Positions 47,100 through 56,135 of a stretch of DNA of 64,000 nt are shown one piece after another. Within the stretch, counting starts at the first letter, position 1; each line of letters starts with the position of its first letter. The position numbers and the translations under genes were made by a program. The stretch is from assembly GCA_021372575.1 (NCBI GenBank), contig JAJFUE010000059.1, forward strand, positions 16,359 through 80,358, written 5' to 3'. The notes beneath the pieces were generated by a model. That model was not told the DNA's origin and did not search any database. It saw only the letters and a list, made by a program, of their open reading frames with translations. This DNA is from a bacterium. Its GTDB lineage: Bacteria; Sumerlaeota; Sumerlaeia; MVZB01.

Positions 47100-47897
47100 A
47101 TGTTGATCACGAAGGAACTGATCAAGGCCATGATCCCGTTTGCTCCCAAGAAAGACCTGCGCCGCGCGATCAAAACTGTCCGCTTGGAACGCAGTGCCGG
47201 CCAGGCTCGCGCTGTCGCCACGGACGGCAAGATCATGATGATCACCGAGTGGAAGGAGCCGTCGCCTGACGATGTGCCGCAGGTCGTGAGCGAGATCGAA
47301 GGCGAACGTCACGACATGGAAATGAGCATCGACGCTCAGGACTGGTCGGCACTGGCGACGATGGTTCCCAAGATGCGAACGTTGCCGGCCCTCGAGGTAG
47401 TGGCCATTGCCGAACGGATCAATGATCACCGCCTGGAAGTCGGCTCGACCGATTTCGACAACGAACAGCGCCGGCAGGTCCGCCCCGTGGAGATGAGTTA
47501 TCCCGATTACCGCTCCGTCCTGCCGCAGTACCAGATCGAGGGTGAGGACGCCAACGCGGTCGCATTGCTTGTGAACGCCGAGAAGCTCGCGGTCTTGCTC
47601 AAAGGTTTTCAGGATTCCGGATGCGTCGGGCGCACGCATGGTGAAGTGCTCATGGTCGTGCCCATTCACGCGCAGAAACCGATCCTCTTTCGAGGGTGGA
47701 ATCTTGAGAAGAGCATCGACGCGACCGCGATCATCACGCCCGTTCTTGACTGCGCCACGAAGCGCTCGTGGATGTTCTCCAACCGGGCATTCGATCCCGA
47801 GCCGAGCGATGACACCCCCGAGCAGGAAGATGTTCCCGCGCCTGACGAACAGGCGGGCGAAGAAACGAGCGAACCCCCACTTGCCGCCACTGCATGA
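47100..47897 (+). CDS. Sliding-clamp (DnaN beta-clamp)-like protein with only two clamp-type domains and acidic tail (265 aa)
   Basis: ..AVATDGKIMMI.. (compare DnaN ..VATDGHRLAV..), ..YPDYRSVLP.. (compare DnaN ..FPDYRRVLP..), C-terminal ..ITPVL.. (compare ..VMPMRL). Starts at TGACATG overlap. Real start internal to track ORF 46827-47897. Confidence 0.45.
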   Translation: MLITKELIKAMIPFAPKKDLRRAIKTVRLERSAGQARAVATDGKIMMITEWKEPSPDDVPQVVSEIEGERHDMEMSIDAQDWSALATMVPKMRTLPALEVVAIAERINDHRLEVGSTDFDNEQRRQVRPVEMSYPDYRSVLPQYQIEGEDANAVALLVNAEKLAVLLKGFQDSGCVGRTHGEVLMVVPIHAQKPILFRGWNLEKSIDATAIITPVLDCATKRSWMFSNRAFDPEPSDDTPEQEDVPAPDEQAGEETSEPPLAATA

Positions 47898-47929
47898 TGG
47901 CGGCCACTACTCCCAAAAGGAAAATAGTC

Positions 47930-49000
47930 ATGAAAACAGGACGAAGCCTCAGTGAAATCGCCGCTGAACTTGAGCGGCAGCAAAATGCCAAACGCGACTT
48001 CATCGCGGACACGCGCAAGATCGCGATGGAAATTCACGAAGCCGAACCGGTCGCCGGCGCGATGCTGCGCTTCGGCACGAACGGCCACACCGAGCGGTTC
48101 CCGATCACGGAGATTTGCCACAGGCAGATTGGCGATCGAGTCGGCATCCCCGACCGCTACTACAACAGGATGCTCGCCGAAGCGCCCGGCCTGCTCACCA
48201 CGAACGTGAATCACTGGTTTGAGGAGTGCCCCGAAATGCGTATGGTCCGCACGCTCGACGGCCGGGCGAGAGCGTTCCTCTCGAACCGCTACCGCCCCCT
48301 CGATAATTTCGACCTCGCCGAAGTTGTCCTGCCGATTTTGATGCAATCGGGATGCGAGATCGTCTCGACCGAGATCACCGAACGCCGTTTTTACCTCAAA
48401 GCCACGACGGACCGGATCCAGGGCGAAGTGGCCAAGGGGGACGTGGTTCAGGCCGGGATCGTTGTGAGCAACAGCGAGGTCGGCCTCAGCAGCCTTCGCG
48501 TTCAGGGCCTCATTTACCGCCTTGTCTGCACGAACGGCATGATCGCACCCGATTCTTCGCTGCGCCAGAAACACATCGGCCGATCCGGCTCAAGTAACGA
48601 GGAAGCATTCGAGCTTTTCAGCGATGAAGCGCGAATTGCTGATGACCGGGCGTTCTGGCTCAAGGTTCGCGACGTAGTCCGTGGCGTGATGACGGAAGAA
48701 ATCTTCAACGTCCTCATCGGCAAGCTCCGCGATGCCCGCGGCCAGAAAATCGAGCGCGATCCGCTGGAAGTGGTCGAACTGACCGCCCGGCGTTACTCGC
48801 TCTCCGATGGCGAGCGCGGCGGCGTCCTGCGTCACCTCATCGCGGACGGCGATTTGAGCCGCTACGGTCTCGTGAACGCCATCACTCGCACGTCTCAGGA
48901 TTCCGAATCCTATGACCGGGCGACCGAACTGGAATCGCTCGGCGGCCAGATCCTTGAACTGGAGCCTAACCAGTGGCACACGCTCGCATGCGCGGCCTGA
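47930..49000 (+). CDS. DUF932/DUF945-family phage/plasmid-associated protein
   Basis: ..AFLSNRYRPLDNFDLAEVVLPIL.. and overall layout typical of the DUF932 family common in ICEs and prophages; AAAGGAAAA RBS before ATG 47930. Confidence 0.5.
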   Translation: MKTGRSLSEIAAELERQQNAKRDFIADTRKIAMEIHEAEPVAGAMLRFGTNGHTERFPITEICHRQIGDRVGIPDRYYNRMLAEAPGLLTTNVNHWFEECPEMRMVRTLDGRARAFLSNRYRPLDNFDLAEVVLPILMQSGCEIVSTEITERRFYLKATTDRIQGEVAKGDVVQAGIVVSNSEVGLSSLRVQGLIYRLVCTNGMIAPDSSLRQKHIGRSGSSNEEAFELFSDEARIADDRAFWLKVRDVVRGVMTEEIFNVLIGKLRDARGQKIERDPLEVVELTARRYSLSDGERGGVLRHLIADGDLSRYGLVNAITRTSQDSESYDRATELESLGGQILELEPNQWHTLACAA

Positions 49001-49061
49001 ACGCCGCCCCAGGGGGCGCGGCCTGGCATGAAACGCGCACTCTTTTTTCGAGAGGTTTTCC

Positions 49062-49361
49062 ATGCGAGTTCTCAATCAAAACTCAGTCGCTGAAATGGCC
49101 GCGCCGTACTTTGCAAACGTCGAAAGCATTCGCGCGCACCAAGTGGCCGTTTACGTGATGTGTGGCGGGGGATTCCTGGGCCAGTTCGCCGCCCAGCGCC
49201 CTGCGGATTTTTACATCGACGGCCGTGTGAGCGGATTGCCATATTCACGCCGCAAGATCAGTCAGGCCGTCAATACACTCGCGACGCTGGCCCGGTGTGC
49301 GGGCATGGATCCCCGCCATCTGCCGCCTTCGCCGGCGTTTCACAACTGCGGGATTTTCTAA
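49062..49361 (+). CDS. Hypothetical protein (99 aa)
   Basis: ORF track; weak RBS. Confidence 0.3.
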   Translation: MRVLNQNSVAEMAAPYFANVESIRAHQVAVYVMCGGGFLGQFAAQRPADFYIDGRVSGLPYSRRKISQAVNTLATLARCAGMDPRHLPPSPAFHNCGIF

Positions 49362-49375
49362 CCGGAGGTCGCTCA

Positions 49376-49593
49376 TGATCACCGCGCATTACGACGCGTA
49401 CGGCTACTGGATCGAATCGGACGGCCTAGAAATCTACCGCGCCGGCAATCACCCACTGGATTCGGCGGCCTATACCGCCGAAGGCGCCCTGAGCCTTCCC
49501 ACTATTCGGGCCTATGCACAGCAAACAGCAAAAGAGCTCGCCGCCGAACGCAGCGAGCCCTATGTCGGGATCGAACACATGCGGGAGTGGTAA
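49376..49593 (+). CDS. Hypothetical protein (72 aa; start MITAHYD)
   Basis: GGAGG RBS before ATG 49376. Confidence 0.35.
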
Positions 49594-49595
49594 GC

Positions 49596-50252
49596 TCAGT
49601 GGAACTTCAATCCGCCACGCACAAGCCCGTAGAGCTTTGCCTTTTTAGGCATCGGCATCGGGTAGATGGACGGCGTGAGGCCGATCAAGAACGCCATCTC
49701 GGCGGTCGACCCGACAATCTTGATCGCATATCCCTCGCCGGGGATTTCGATGATGATCTGCTTGCCCGACGCCGGCATCGCCGTGGTCGGTTCGACGAAC
49801 ACGATGTCCCCGGCCTAGTAGTGAGGCGCGAGGGCTTTGCCACCGACCTGCAAAGCGACCATTTCTCGGTCGACGCCGGAGAGGAACAGATTATACATCG
49901 ACCAAGTGATCGATACCGAATCCTTGGATTCTTCATTGATCGAAACGAAGTCGGCAGCACGGCTGCGCGTTTTGCCGGCCGCGATCTCGCCGATGATGGG
50001 AATTTCAGTCGTCTCGCCCTTGATCTCTTCGCCGATGAGGTCCTTGACGCTCATTCCGAGCGAGCTGGCGATCTGCTCGATTTTATCGTCGGTCGGGAAG
50101 CGCACACCGTTTTCCCAATGAGAATACAGCGAAACGGTCACGGCGAACCGGCGCGCCATGTCTTTTTGCATGAGCTTGCGGTCCTTCCGGTAATGCTTGA
50201 TCACGTACCGGAAATGATCCTTGACCGCTGTGGAGACACCGCGCTCGAGCAT
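49596..50252 (-). pseudogene. cI/LexA-like repressor (XRE HTH + S24-like domain) interrupted by in-frame TAG (49815-49817) and lacking the catalytic Ser (GGKAL instead of GDSM)
   Basis: ORFs 49815-50252 and 49596-49802 are in the same frame, separated only by TAG. Translation ..LQVGGKALAPHY*AGDIVFVEP..IKIVG..KLYGLVRGG follows the LexA C-domain layout. GGAGG RBS before ATG 50252. The N-terminal 145 aa product may still act as repressor. Confidence 0.5.
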
Positions 50253-50498
50253 ATGAACCTCCGCTGTGCCGGGCTGGCCGAAATTCCTCTAGGCGGGGAG
50301 ATTGTACAGCCCACGTCTAATGAGCGCAGAATATACAGGCGCTCGGAGAAATGCAAGGGCAACGTTGTATAGCCGTGTAAAGCCATGGGTGAGGTGGGAC
50401 CAAAAATAATACCGACAAAGTATAAAAACGTGCTTTTCACGCTTTACTATACCGTTCAACTGTAATATACATGCGCATCTTATGGAGGGGACGCCCCA
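50253..50498. promoter_or_regulatory. Divergent repressor/cro switch region with candidate operators (TGTACA / TGTATA / TGTAATATACA half-site palindromes)
   Basis: Intergenic between divergent HTH genes; contains gattGTACAgcc, cgttGTATAgcc, cTGTAATATACAtg. Confidence 0.4.
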
Positions 50499-50753
50499 AT
50501 GAACCAGCCACCACGAACCCGCCGAGTGTTCGATCCATCGCTCCTCAAATCGGCCCGTGAACGCGCCGGCATGACTCAGCACGAGCTTTCGACCCGTTTG
50601 GTCGAGCGCGAGGTCTCCACCGGAGTTCAGCGCGAAATGATTTGGCAGTGGGAGAACGGAGCGCGCATTCCGCGCGCCGTGGCTTTGGCCAATATGGCCG
50701 ACATTCTGGGCGTCTCGCTCGATTCGTTTTTCAGGCAAGAGGAAGTGGCCTAA
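50499..50753 (+). CDS. Cro-like XRE-family HTH regulator
   Basis: ..RAGMTQHELSTRLVEREVSTGVQREMIWQWENGARIP..LANMADILGVSLDSFF HTH_XRE pattern; divergent from repressor. Confidence 0.6.
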   Translation: MNQPPRTRRVFDPSLLKSARERAGMTQHELSTRLVEREVSTGVQREMIWQWENGARIPRAVALANMADILGVSLDSFFRQEEVA

Positions 50754-50757
50754 CACG

Positions 50758-51672
50758 ATGCGTATCCGCACGATCAAGCCCGAGTTCTGGACGTCGCTGG
50801 ACATGGCCAAGGTCAGCGAGCCGGCTCTTATCCTCGCGGTCGGCCTCCTGAACTACGCCGATGACAAGGGCTACTTCGTCGCCGATGCACGCCTGATCCA
50901 TGGGGCGCTTACACCGCTGCGTGAGCTTTCGCGGCCGATCATGGAATGCTTGGGGGAACTTCGGGAGGCGGGCTTCATAAACCTCTGCACGGGCACGAAT
51001 GGCCGCCCGTATGGGCATGTCGTAAATTTCCTCAAGCATCAAACCATCAATCGGCCCAAGGCGAGCAGGATTGCGCCGTTTTGGTCCGACACGCCCCTGG
51101 ACTGTGGAGATAGTCGGCAGGTCACGGATATACCGATTCCCGTGTGTTCCTCGGCTGTTCAAGTAAATGAAACGGTTCCGGCCGATACCGAAATCGCTTC
51201 TGTCACTGAACCGACACCGGATGAACCCGCTATACCCAGTGAACCGGAGCTTGCCAGTTCATTGGCGTCTGCCGCTGAAGTCACACTGTTCAGCGATGAG
51301 CCTGAACCCGAACCGGAAGCACCGAGAGAGCCTGAGCAACCGAAAAGCCACTGGATCATGGAGCTTTGGAACGCTCACGCGCCGACCGCCTTGCCGCGTT
51401 GCACAACCTGGTCCAAAAAACGCCAGACGGCAGCGAGGGCTCGGCTCAAGGAGTATCCAGATCGCGGCCATTGGCAACAGGCCATCGAGTCCATCGCGGA
51501 TTGCCCGTTCCTGATGGGTCAGAACGACCGGGGCTGGAGCGCCAGTATTGACTGGCTCCTGCTTCGGCCCGACTCGATCACGAAAATTATGGAAGGACAC
51601 TATCGATGCCGCGGGCGGCCGCCCGCGCTCGTCGGATCATCCATCGCCGGCGAGGGAGATCTGAGTTTCTAA
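50758..51672 (+). CDS. Replication initiator / replisome organiser-like protein, probable
   Basis: Position immediately upstream of DnaC-like loader; N-terminal ..IKPEFWTSLDMAKVSEPALILAVGLLNYADDKGYF.. winged-helix-like; acidic Pro-rich linker. Confidence 0.35.
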   Translation: MRIRTIKPEFWTSLDMAKVSEPALILAVGLLNYADDKGYFVADARLIHGALTPLRELSRPIMECLGELREAGFINLCTGTNGRPYGHVVNFLKHQTINRPKASRIAPFWSDTPLDCGDSRQVTDIPIPVCSSAVQVNETVPADTEIASVTEPTPDEPAIPSEPELASSLASAAEVTLFSDEPEPEPEAPREPEQPKSHWIMELWNAHAPTALPRCTTWSKKRQTAARARLKEYPDRGHWQQAIESIADCPFLMGQNDRGWSASIDWLLLRPDSITKIMEGHYRCRGRPPALVGSSIAGEGDLSF

Positions 51673-51693
51673 ACTTGAAGGGAGGTGAAAGCA

Positions 51694-52398
51694 ATGCAGG
51701 AGAACACGGCACGAGTGATTGAACTGGAAGAAGAACCCGAACCCCGCGATCCGTTCAGCGATCCGGCATATCTGCGGAACTGGCTGATCGAGAACGACAT
51801 GATCGCGGCCGGCATCCCGAAACGGTTTCGTCCTGGGTTTGCAGCCTACGAAGAGAGAACTCCCGAATGCGCGTTCCTGCGTCGGAAAGCGCTGGCCTGG
51901 GCAAACGAATTCGATCCGCGTGACCCAACGAAAGGTTTTGCCCTGACCGGCGTGACAGGCGCGGGCAAGACGCACCTGGCCGCGGCGATCGCGCGGCGAT
52001 TGATCGAGCGTCGATGCTCGGTGATGTGGGTCAACACGGCCGCGCTGTTCATGCGCATCCGGTCCACCTACGGACACGACAGCGATGAGAGCGAAGAGGA
52101 CTTGATTGATGAGCTGGTCGCACCTGATCTGCTCGTCCTCGACGACCTCGGGGTCGAGCGTCCTACGGCCTGGGTCCTGGAGCGGCTTTACGTGATCCTC
52201 AATCGCCGCCACGAGGAGTGCAAGGTGATCATGTTCACTTCCAATTACGATGGCAGGGAACTGACCGAGCGCCTTCGCACGCCCGAAGCCGGGGACCTGG
52301 CCGACCGCTTGATCTCGCGATTGGTCGGCATGGTCGAGTCGATCGGCGATTTTCCAAAGAAGGATTGGCGCAAGGAAGCCTGGAGGCAACGCCAATAA
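51694..52398 (+). CDS. DnaC/IstB-like AAA+ helicase loader
   Basis: Walker A GVTGAGKTHLAAAIA, Walker B LLVLDDLG; GGGAGG RBS before ATG 51694. Confidence 0.7.
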   Translation: MQENTARVIELEEEPEPRDPFSDPAYLRNWLIENDMIAAGIPKRFRPGFAAYEERTPECAFLRRKALAWANEFDPRDPTKGFALTGVTGAGKTHLAAAIARRLIERRCSVMWVNTAALFMRIRSTYGHDSDESEEDLIDELVAPDLLVLDDLGVERPTAWVLERLYVILNRRHEECKVIMFTSNYDGRELTERLRTPEAGDLADRLISRLVGMVESIGDFPKKDWRKEAWRQRQ

Positions 52399-52512
52399 AG
52401 AAAAGACCCCGTCCGCTGGTTCAGAGCGGGCGAGGCCAACATCTCACTGCGATGGTGCATTTTTTACGGCACCATCCCGTCCAAGTCAACACGAAAGAAC
52501 GGGAAGAACGAA

Positions 52513-53646
52513 ATGAATGAGCAACCGCAGACAACAGCTTTACAGAAGGTTCAGCCCGAAGCCGAACTGCTGCCGCTTACTCCGGCAGTCGCATCGAGCT
52601 TCTGGCTCAACCGCGACAAGTTCGAGCACATCCAGCGCATCGCGAAGGTGTTCGCCGAATCGAACCTCGTGCCGGCGCAGTATCGCGGCAAGATCGCCGA
52701 CTGCATCATCGCCGCGCAGATGGCCTTCCGCCTGAGCGTTGATCCCTTCATGTTCATGCAGAACACATACGTGGTTTACGGCCGCCCCGGCATGGAAGCC
52801 AAGCTCGCGATCGCGCTGGTCAACGAGCGCGGTCCTTTCGATGGTCCAATACAGTGGCGATTCAGTCGCACATGCAACCAGTGTGGCGGCCTTGGCGAAA
52901 AGGACAACGCCCCCTGCACGAGATGCAACGGAACCGGCAGCGTCCCCGCGAAGATCGTCCCGCCGGCCGCGATGATCCCCGACGATTTCACCTGCACGGC
53001 ATTTGCCACGCACCGCAAGACGAACGACATCTGCGAAGCGAGAATATCTTGGAAGATGGTGAAGGATGAGGGCTGGTTCAAAAAAGACGGGTCGAAATGG
53101 CAGACGATGCCGGAGCTCATGTTCCGTTACCGCTCGGCCACGTTCCTCGCGCGCCTCTACGCTCCCGAGTGCCTCATGGGCATGCAGATGATCGACGAAC
53201 TGCAGGACGTGGGCGTCCGCACGATCACGATCGAAAAGGGCGCAGTCACTCACGACACCAGCAAAAGCGATCCGCCCGAGGCCGATCCCGACGCTTTCAA
53301 AAAGCCGGAAAACAACGGCGGGAACGGCAGCACTCAGGATGTCCAAAACGAGGCCGCAAACGCTCCCCAGGGCGAAAACACCGACGCACCCAACTCAACA
53401 CCCACGCCCGAAGCCCAGAAACCCCAGGATGCAGCCAAGCCTGAAACCGTGAAGCGCGGCCGTCCGGCCGGGAAGAAGCAGCATGACATCGAGCGCGTCG
53501 TGAACGTCCTCAAGGATCACGCGCTGTTCCATGACATGAACGAAAACGCCCTTCGCGAGCTCATTCGCACTCAGGGCGCCGAAGCCGCGGCCGAACGCCT
53601 TGGCATCGGGGCCGAGGAATTCGCCGCAATGATCAATGAAGCCTGA
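52513..53646 (+). CDS. RecT-family single-strand annealing protein with inserted CxxC-X10-CxxC zinc ribbon
   Basis: ..SSFWLNRDKFEHIQRIAKVFAESNLVP..DCIIAAQMAFRLSVDP.. RecT pattern; CNQCGGLGEKDNAPCTRCNGTGS insert. Confidence 0.6.
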   Translation: MNEQPQTTALQKVQPEAELLPLTPAVASSFWLNRDKFEHIQRIAKVFAESNLVPAQYRGKIADCIIAAQMAFRLSVDPFMFMQNTYVVYGRPGMEAKLAIALVNERGPFDGPIQWRFSRTCNQCGGLGEKDNAPCTRCNGTGSVPAKIVPPAAMIPDDFTCTAFATHRKTNDICEARISWKMVKDEGWFKKDGSKWQTMPELMFRYRSATFLARLYAPECLMGMQMIDELQDVGVRTITIEKGAVTHDTSKSDPPEADPDAFKKPENNGGNGSTQDVQNEAANAPQGENTDAPNSTPTPEAQKPQDAAKPETVKRGRPAGKKQHDIERVVNVLKDHALFHDMNENALRELIRTQGAEAAAERLGIGAEEFAAMINEA

Positions 53647-54859
53647 ACGAATGGGGCGAGTTGTTCATCGCCCCACATATCTTCTCAATGGAGTTCTTAC
53701 GATGGCAGCAGTTGCGACAGTAGTTGAAATAAAACAGAATCCGCTCCGCGCAAGCAATTTGCAGCGGGCATGGCTTTGCCCGCCTTCGGTGTGGCGTGAA
53801 TCGGAGATGCCCGAGATGGAAGCTGGCGCGGCGGCCGAGGAAGGCCGAATGCTCCACGCCGCCGTGGTTCGCGCGTGGAAACGAGGTGACTTCACCGGTC
53901 TCGATGATGAACAGCGCGGCGCGGTTGCCGGTTGCGTTCGGTTCCTGAACGAGAAAGCCGAAGGCGCACTGCAGGACCTAATCATCCTAGAGCAGACGAT
54001 TCCGGTTCTCGATTCGGACAGCCAGCCGCTCGTCGAGCGCGAGGTCACCCCTGACGTAGTGATCCTTCGCGGCGGAGGCCTCGCCCTGGTCATCGACTGG
54101 AAAACAGGCCGAGGCGCGCCGCAGTTCGACGCCGGCCATGACCTGCAGCTTCTCACGTATGCGATCGCGGTGCGCAATCATTACACTTCGGCCAAGATCA
54201 CCCGCGTCCACGTGTTCCGGTTTCATCCACGCCTGTGGGATGAGAACCGTGAGACATCGGTTTCCTACGGTGGCTCGGATGACGATTGGCATCAGCGTGA
54301 AGGCATCCTGAGCGAAATCATCCTTCAATCCCAGCCCGATGCGAACGCGGTCCCGGGTGCCGCGCAGTGCCAGTACTGCAAAGCCAAGATGATCTGCGAA
54401 GAGTTCCGCGCGTGGAGCGAGCCCGATCCATCCACGCTTCCGGCGCCGGTGAACACCGCGCTCACCCCGGCCAAGCTGGGCCAGATCCTCCAATACCGCG
54501 ACCGGCTCAAGCTGCTCGACAAAATGATGTCCGACGCCGAGGACATGGCCAAACAAGCCATAGGCCAGGGTATCGAGATCGTTTCGCCCGATGGCACTCG
54601 CTGGGGTCTTAAGGAAGGCTCGCCGACCCGCACGATTTCCGATCTGTCTCGTGCTCGCGCGGCGATGCTCCCGCATATTCCGTCCGATGCGTTCGATTCG
54701 GCCTGCAAGGTGAGCATCACGTCCTTAGAGAAGGTTTTCAAGACGGCCACGCGGCTCAAGGGCAAAGCCGCTGCTGAGGCGTTCGCCTCGACGATGGACG
54801 GCGCGATCGAATTTCGCAAAAGCGCCCCGAGCCTCGTTGCGATGAAAGCAGGTGCATGA
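53636..54859 (+). CDS. PD-(D/E)xK (Cas4/RecB-like) exonuclease with 4-Cys cluster, partner of RecT (likely true start near 53702)
   Basis: ..ALVIDWKTGRG.. (D-x-K motif), N-terminal Cys (AWLCPP) plus C-terminal CQYCKAKMIC. Confidence 0.55.
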   Translation: MKPERMGRVVHRPTYLLNGVLTMAAVATVVEIKQNPLRASNLQRAWLCPPSVWRESEMPEMEAGAAAEEGRMLHAAVVRAWKRGDFTGLDDEQRGAVAGCVRFLNEKAEGALQDLIILEQTIPVLDSDSQPLVEREVTPDVVILRGGGLALVIDWKTGRGAPQFDAGHDLQLLTYAIAVRNHYTSAKITRVHVFRFHPRLWDENRETSVSYGGSDDDWHQREGILSEIILQSQPDANAVPGAAQCQYCKAKMICEEFRAWSEPDPSTLPAPVNTALTPAKLGQILQYRDRLKLLDKMMSDAEDMAKQAIGQGIEIVSPDGTRWGLKEGSPTRTISDLSRARAAMLPHIPSDAFDSACKVSITSLEKVFKTATRLKGKAAAEAFASTMDGAIEFRKSAPSLVAMKAGA

Positions 54860-55098
54860 TGGCCAATTCAGTGCAAGCATCGTCGCTCTATCAGAAGCTC
54901 AAGCCTTATCTGGCCATCGCCGAACACAGCGAGCCGTCCCGTCCGGCGACGAAGTGGATTTACACCCACTACCTCGCGGGCAGCGGTTTCGTGCCGGTTT
55001 ACTGGGCATCGCAACTACGGCCCGGCTGGCGACGGCTTTCGTTCGAAGAATTCTGCCGAGTTTACGAGATTCCGGTGGTTGCCAGAAAGGCAGCCTGA
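54856..55098 (+). CDS. Hypothetical protein (80 aa)
   Basis: ORF track, ATGA overlap with upstream gene. Confidence 0.3.
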   Translation: MMANSVQASSLYQKLKPYLAIAEHSEPSRPATKWIYTHYLAGSGFVPVYWASQLRPGWRRLSFEEFCRVYEIPVVARKAA

Positions 55099-55127
55099 AA
55101 CCCGCCGTGTGCTGACGGCCGAACTCA

Positions 55128-55466
55128 TTGATTCGATCATGCCAGGGAAGGCGATTCATGACTGGGAAGACGTTCGACACGATTGCGAAGGCCGCCGCTG
55201 AACAAATCGGCGGCCTGATCCTCGAAGCACAGAAGGAGATCCTCGCGGCTTACGACAAAGCCCATGAAAATCACGAGGGCGAAAAGTTCAAGTTCCCCAT
55301 CGGGGTCAAGATCATGCTCGAGCCGCTGGGTGCCGCCGGCATCCAAGTCACGACGAGCATCGCATGGACCACGAAGGGCCGTCTCGATGGCGTTGGCATC
55401 CTGATCCAGGAAGGGCCGGACCTCTTCTCCGGCTCCGGAAACGGCAGCAAAACCAGCCGGGGCTGA
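55128..55466 (+). CDS. Hypothetical protein (about 100-112 aa)
   Basis: ORF track. Confidence 0.3.
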   Translation: MIRSCQGRRFMTGKTFDTIAKAAAEQIGGLILEAQKEILAAYDKAHENHEGEKFKFPIGVKIMLEPLGAAGIQVTTSIAWTTKGRLDGVGILIQEGPDLFSGSGNGSKTSRG

Positions 55467-55470
55467 CCAG

Positions 55471-55689
55471 ATGGCTCGAGCCGAGAAATGGCCGGAAAAT
55501 CGGGCGATCAAATTTGGCGACGATAACTGGGTCACCTATCACGGCCGCCCGATCGGTCAAATCATACCTACCGGACGCTTCTACAGTGGCGGCAAGGAAC
55601 AGTTCTGGACCAATACCGCCGGCGATTTTTGTTACTCGAGAGACGGAGCGGCATACGAACTGACGGTCAGACACGTAAGGCGGAAGTGA
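55471..55689 (+). CDS. Hypothetical protein (72 aa)
   Basis: ORF track. Confidence 0.3.
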   Translation: MARAEKWPENRAIKFGDDNWVTYHGRPIGQIIPTGRFYSGGKEQFWTNTAGDFCYSRDGAAYELTVRHVRRK

Positions 55690-56135
55690 TGGTGATCGAG
55701 TTTTTCGCTCCGGGAGTCCCGCAGCCGGGCGGCAGCAAGAAGGGTTTCGTGAACCCCCGGACCGGCCGCGTTGTGGTCCTCGAAGACGCCAAACACAACA
55801 AGGACTGGCGGGCGGTGGTTTCAATTATGGCTCACTACGCGCACTCCGGTGAGCCACTAAGCGGCCCGGTAAGGCTCGATATCACATTCATCATGCCCCG
55901 GCCGAAGGCTCACTTCCGAAGCGGCCGTCACGCCGAGACTTTGAAAGAGAACGCACCCATGTTCCACACGGTGAAACCCGATCGCACAAAACTGCTCCGC
56001 TCGACCGAGGATGCCCTGACCGACGCCGGCATCTGGCGAGACGACACCCAAGTAGTCGCCGGCGAGATCAAGAAAATCTACGGCCCCCGGCCAGGAGCTC
56101 ATATTCGAATCACGCAGATCGAGGAAGTCAGATGA
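55689..56135 (+). CDS. rusA: RusA-family Holliday junction resolvase (start MVIEFFAPGVP)
   Basis: ..KPDRTKLLRSTEDALTDAGIWRDDTQVVAGEIKK.. matches the RusA catalytic region (..PD.DNL.K...DAL......DD.Q....). Confidence 0.65.
   Translation: MVIEFFAPGVPQPGGSKKGFVNPRTGRVVVLEDAKHNKDWRAVVSIMAHYAHSGEPLSGPVRLDITFIMPRPKAHFRSGRHAETLKENAPMFHTVKPDRTKLLRSTEDALTDAGIWRDDTQVVAGEIKKIYGPRPGAHIRITQIEEVR

Noticed and set aside
45928-47897. Track ORFs 45928-46653 (241 aa) and 46827-47897 (356 aa) as full-length genes
   Set aside because: Their N-terminal halves are alternate-frame overlaps of neighbouring genes with junk-like composition. Protein-like sequence and RBSs begin at 46264 and 47100 respectively.
49815-49817. 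In-frame TAG in repressor as evidence of stop-codon reassignment
   Set aside because: TAG is a genuine stop for the TPR gene (8840-8842), and the remaining ORFs terminate normally with TGA, TAA or TAG in contexts consistent with the standard code.
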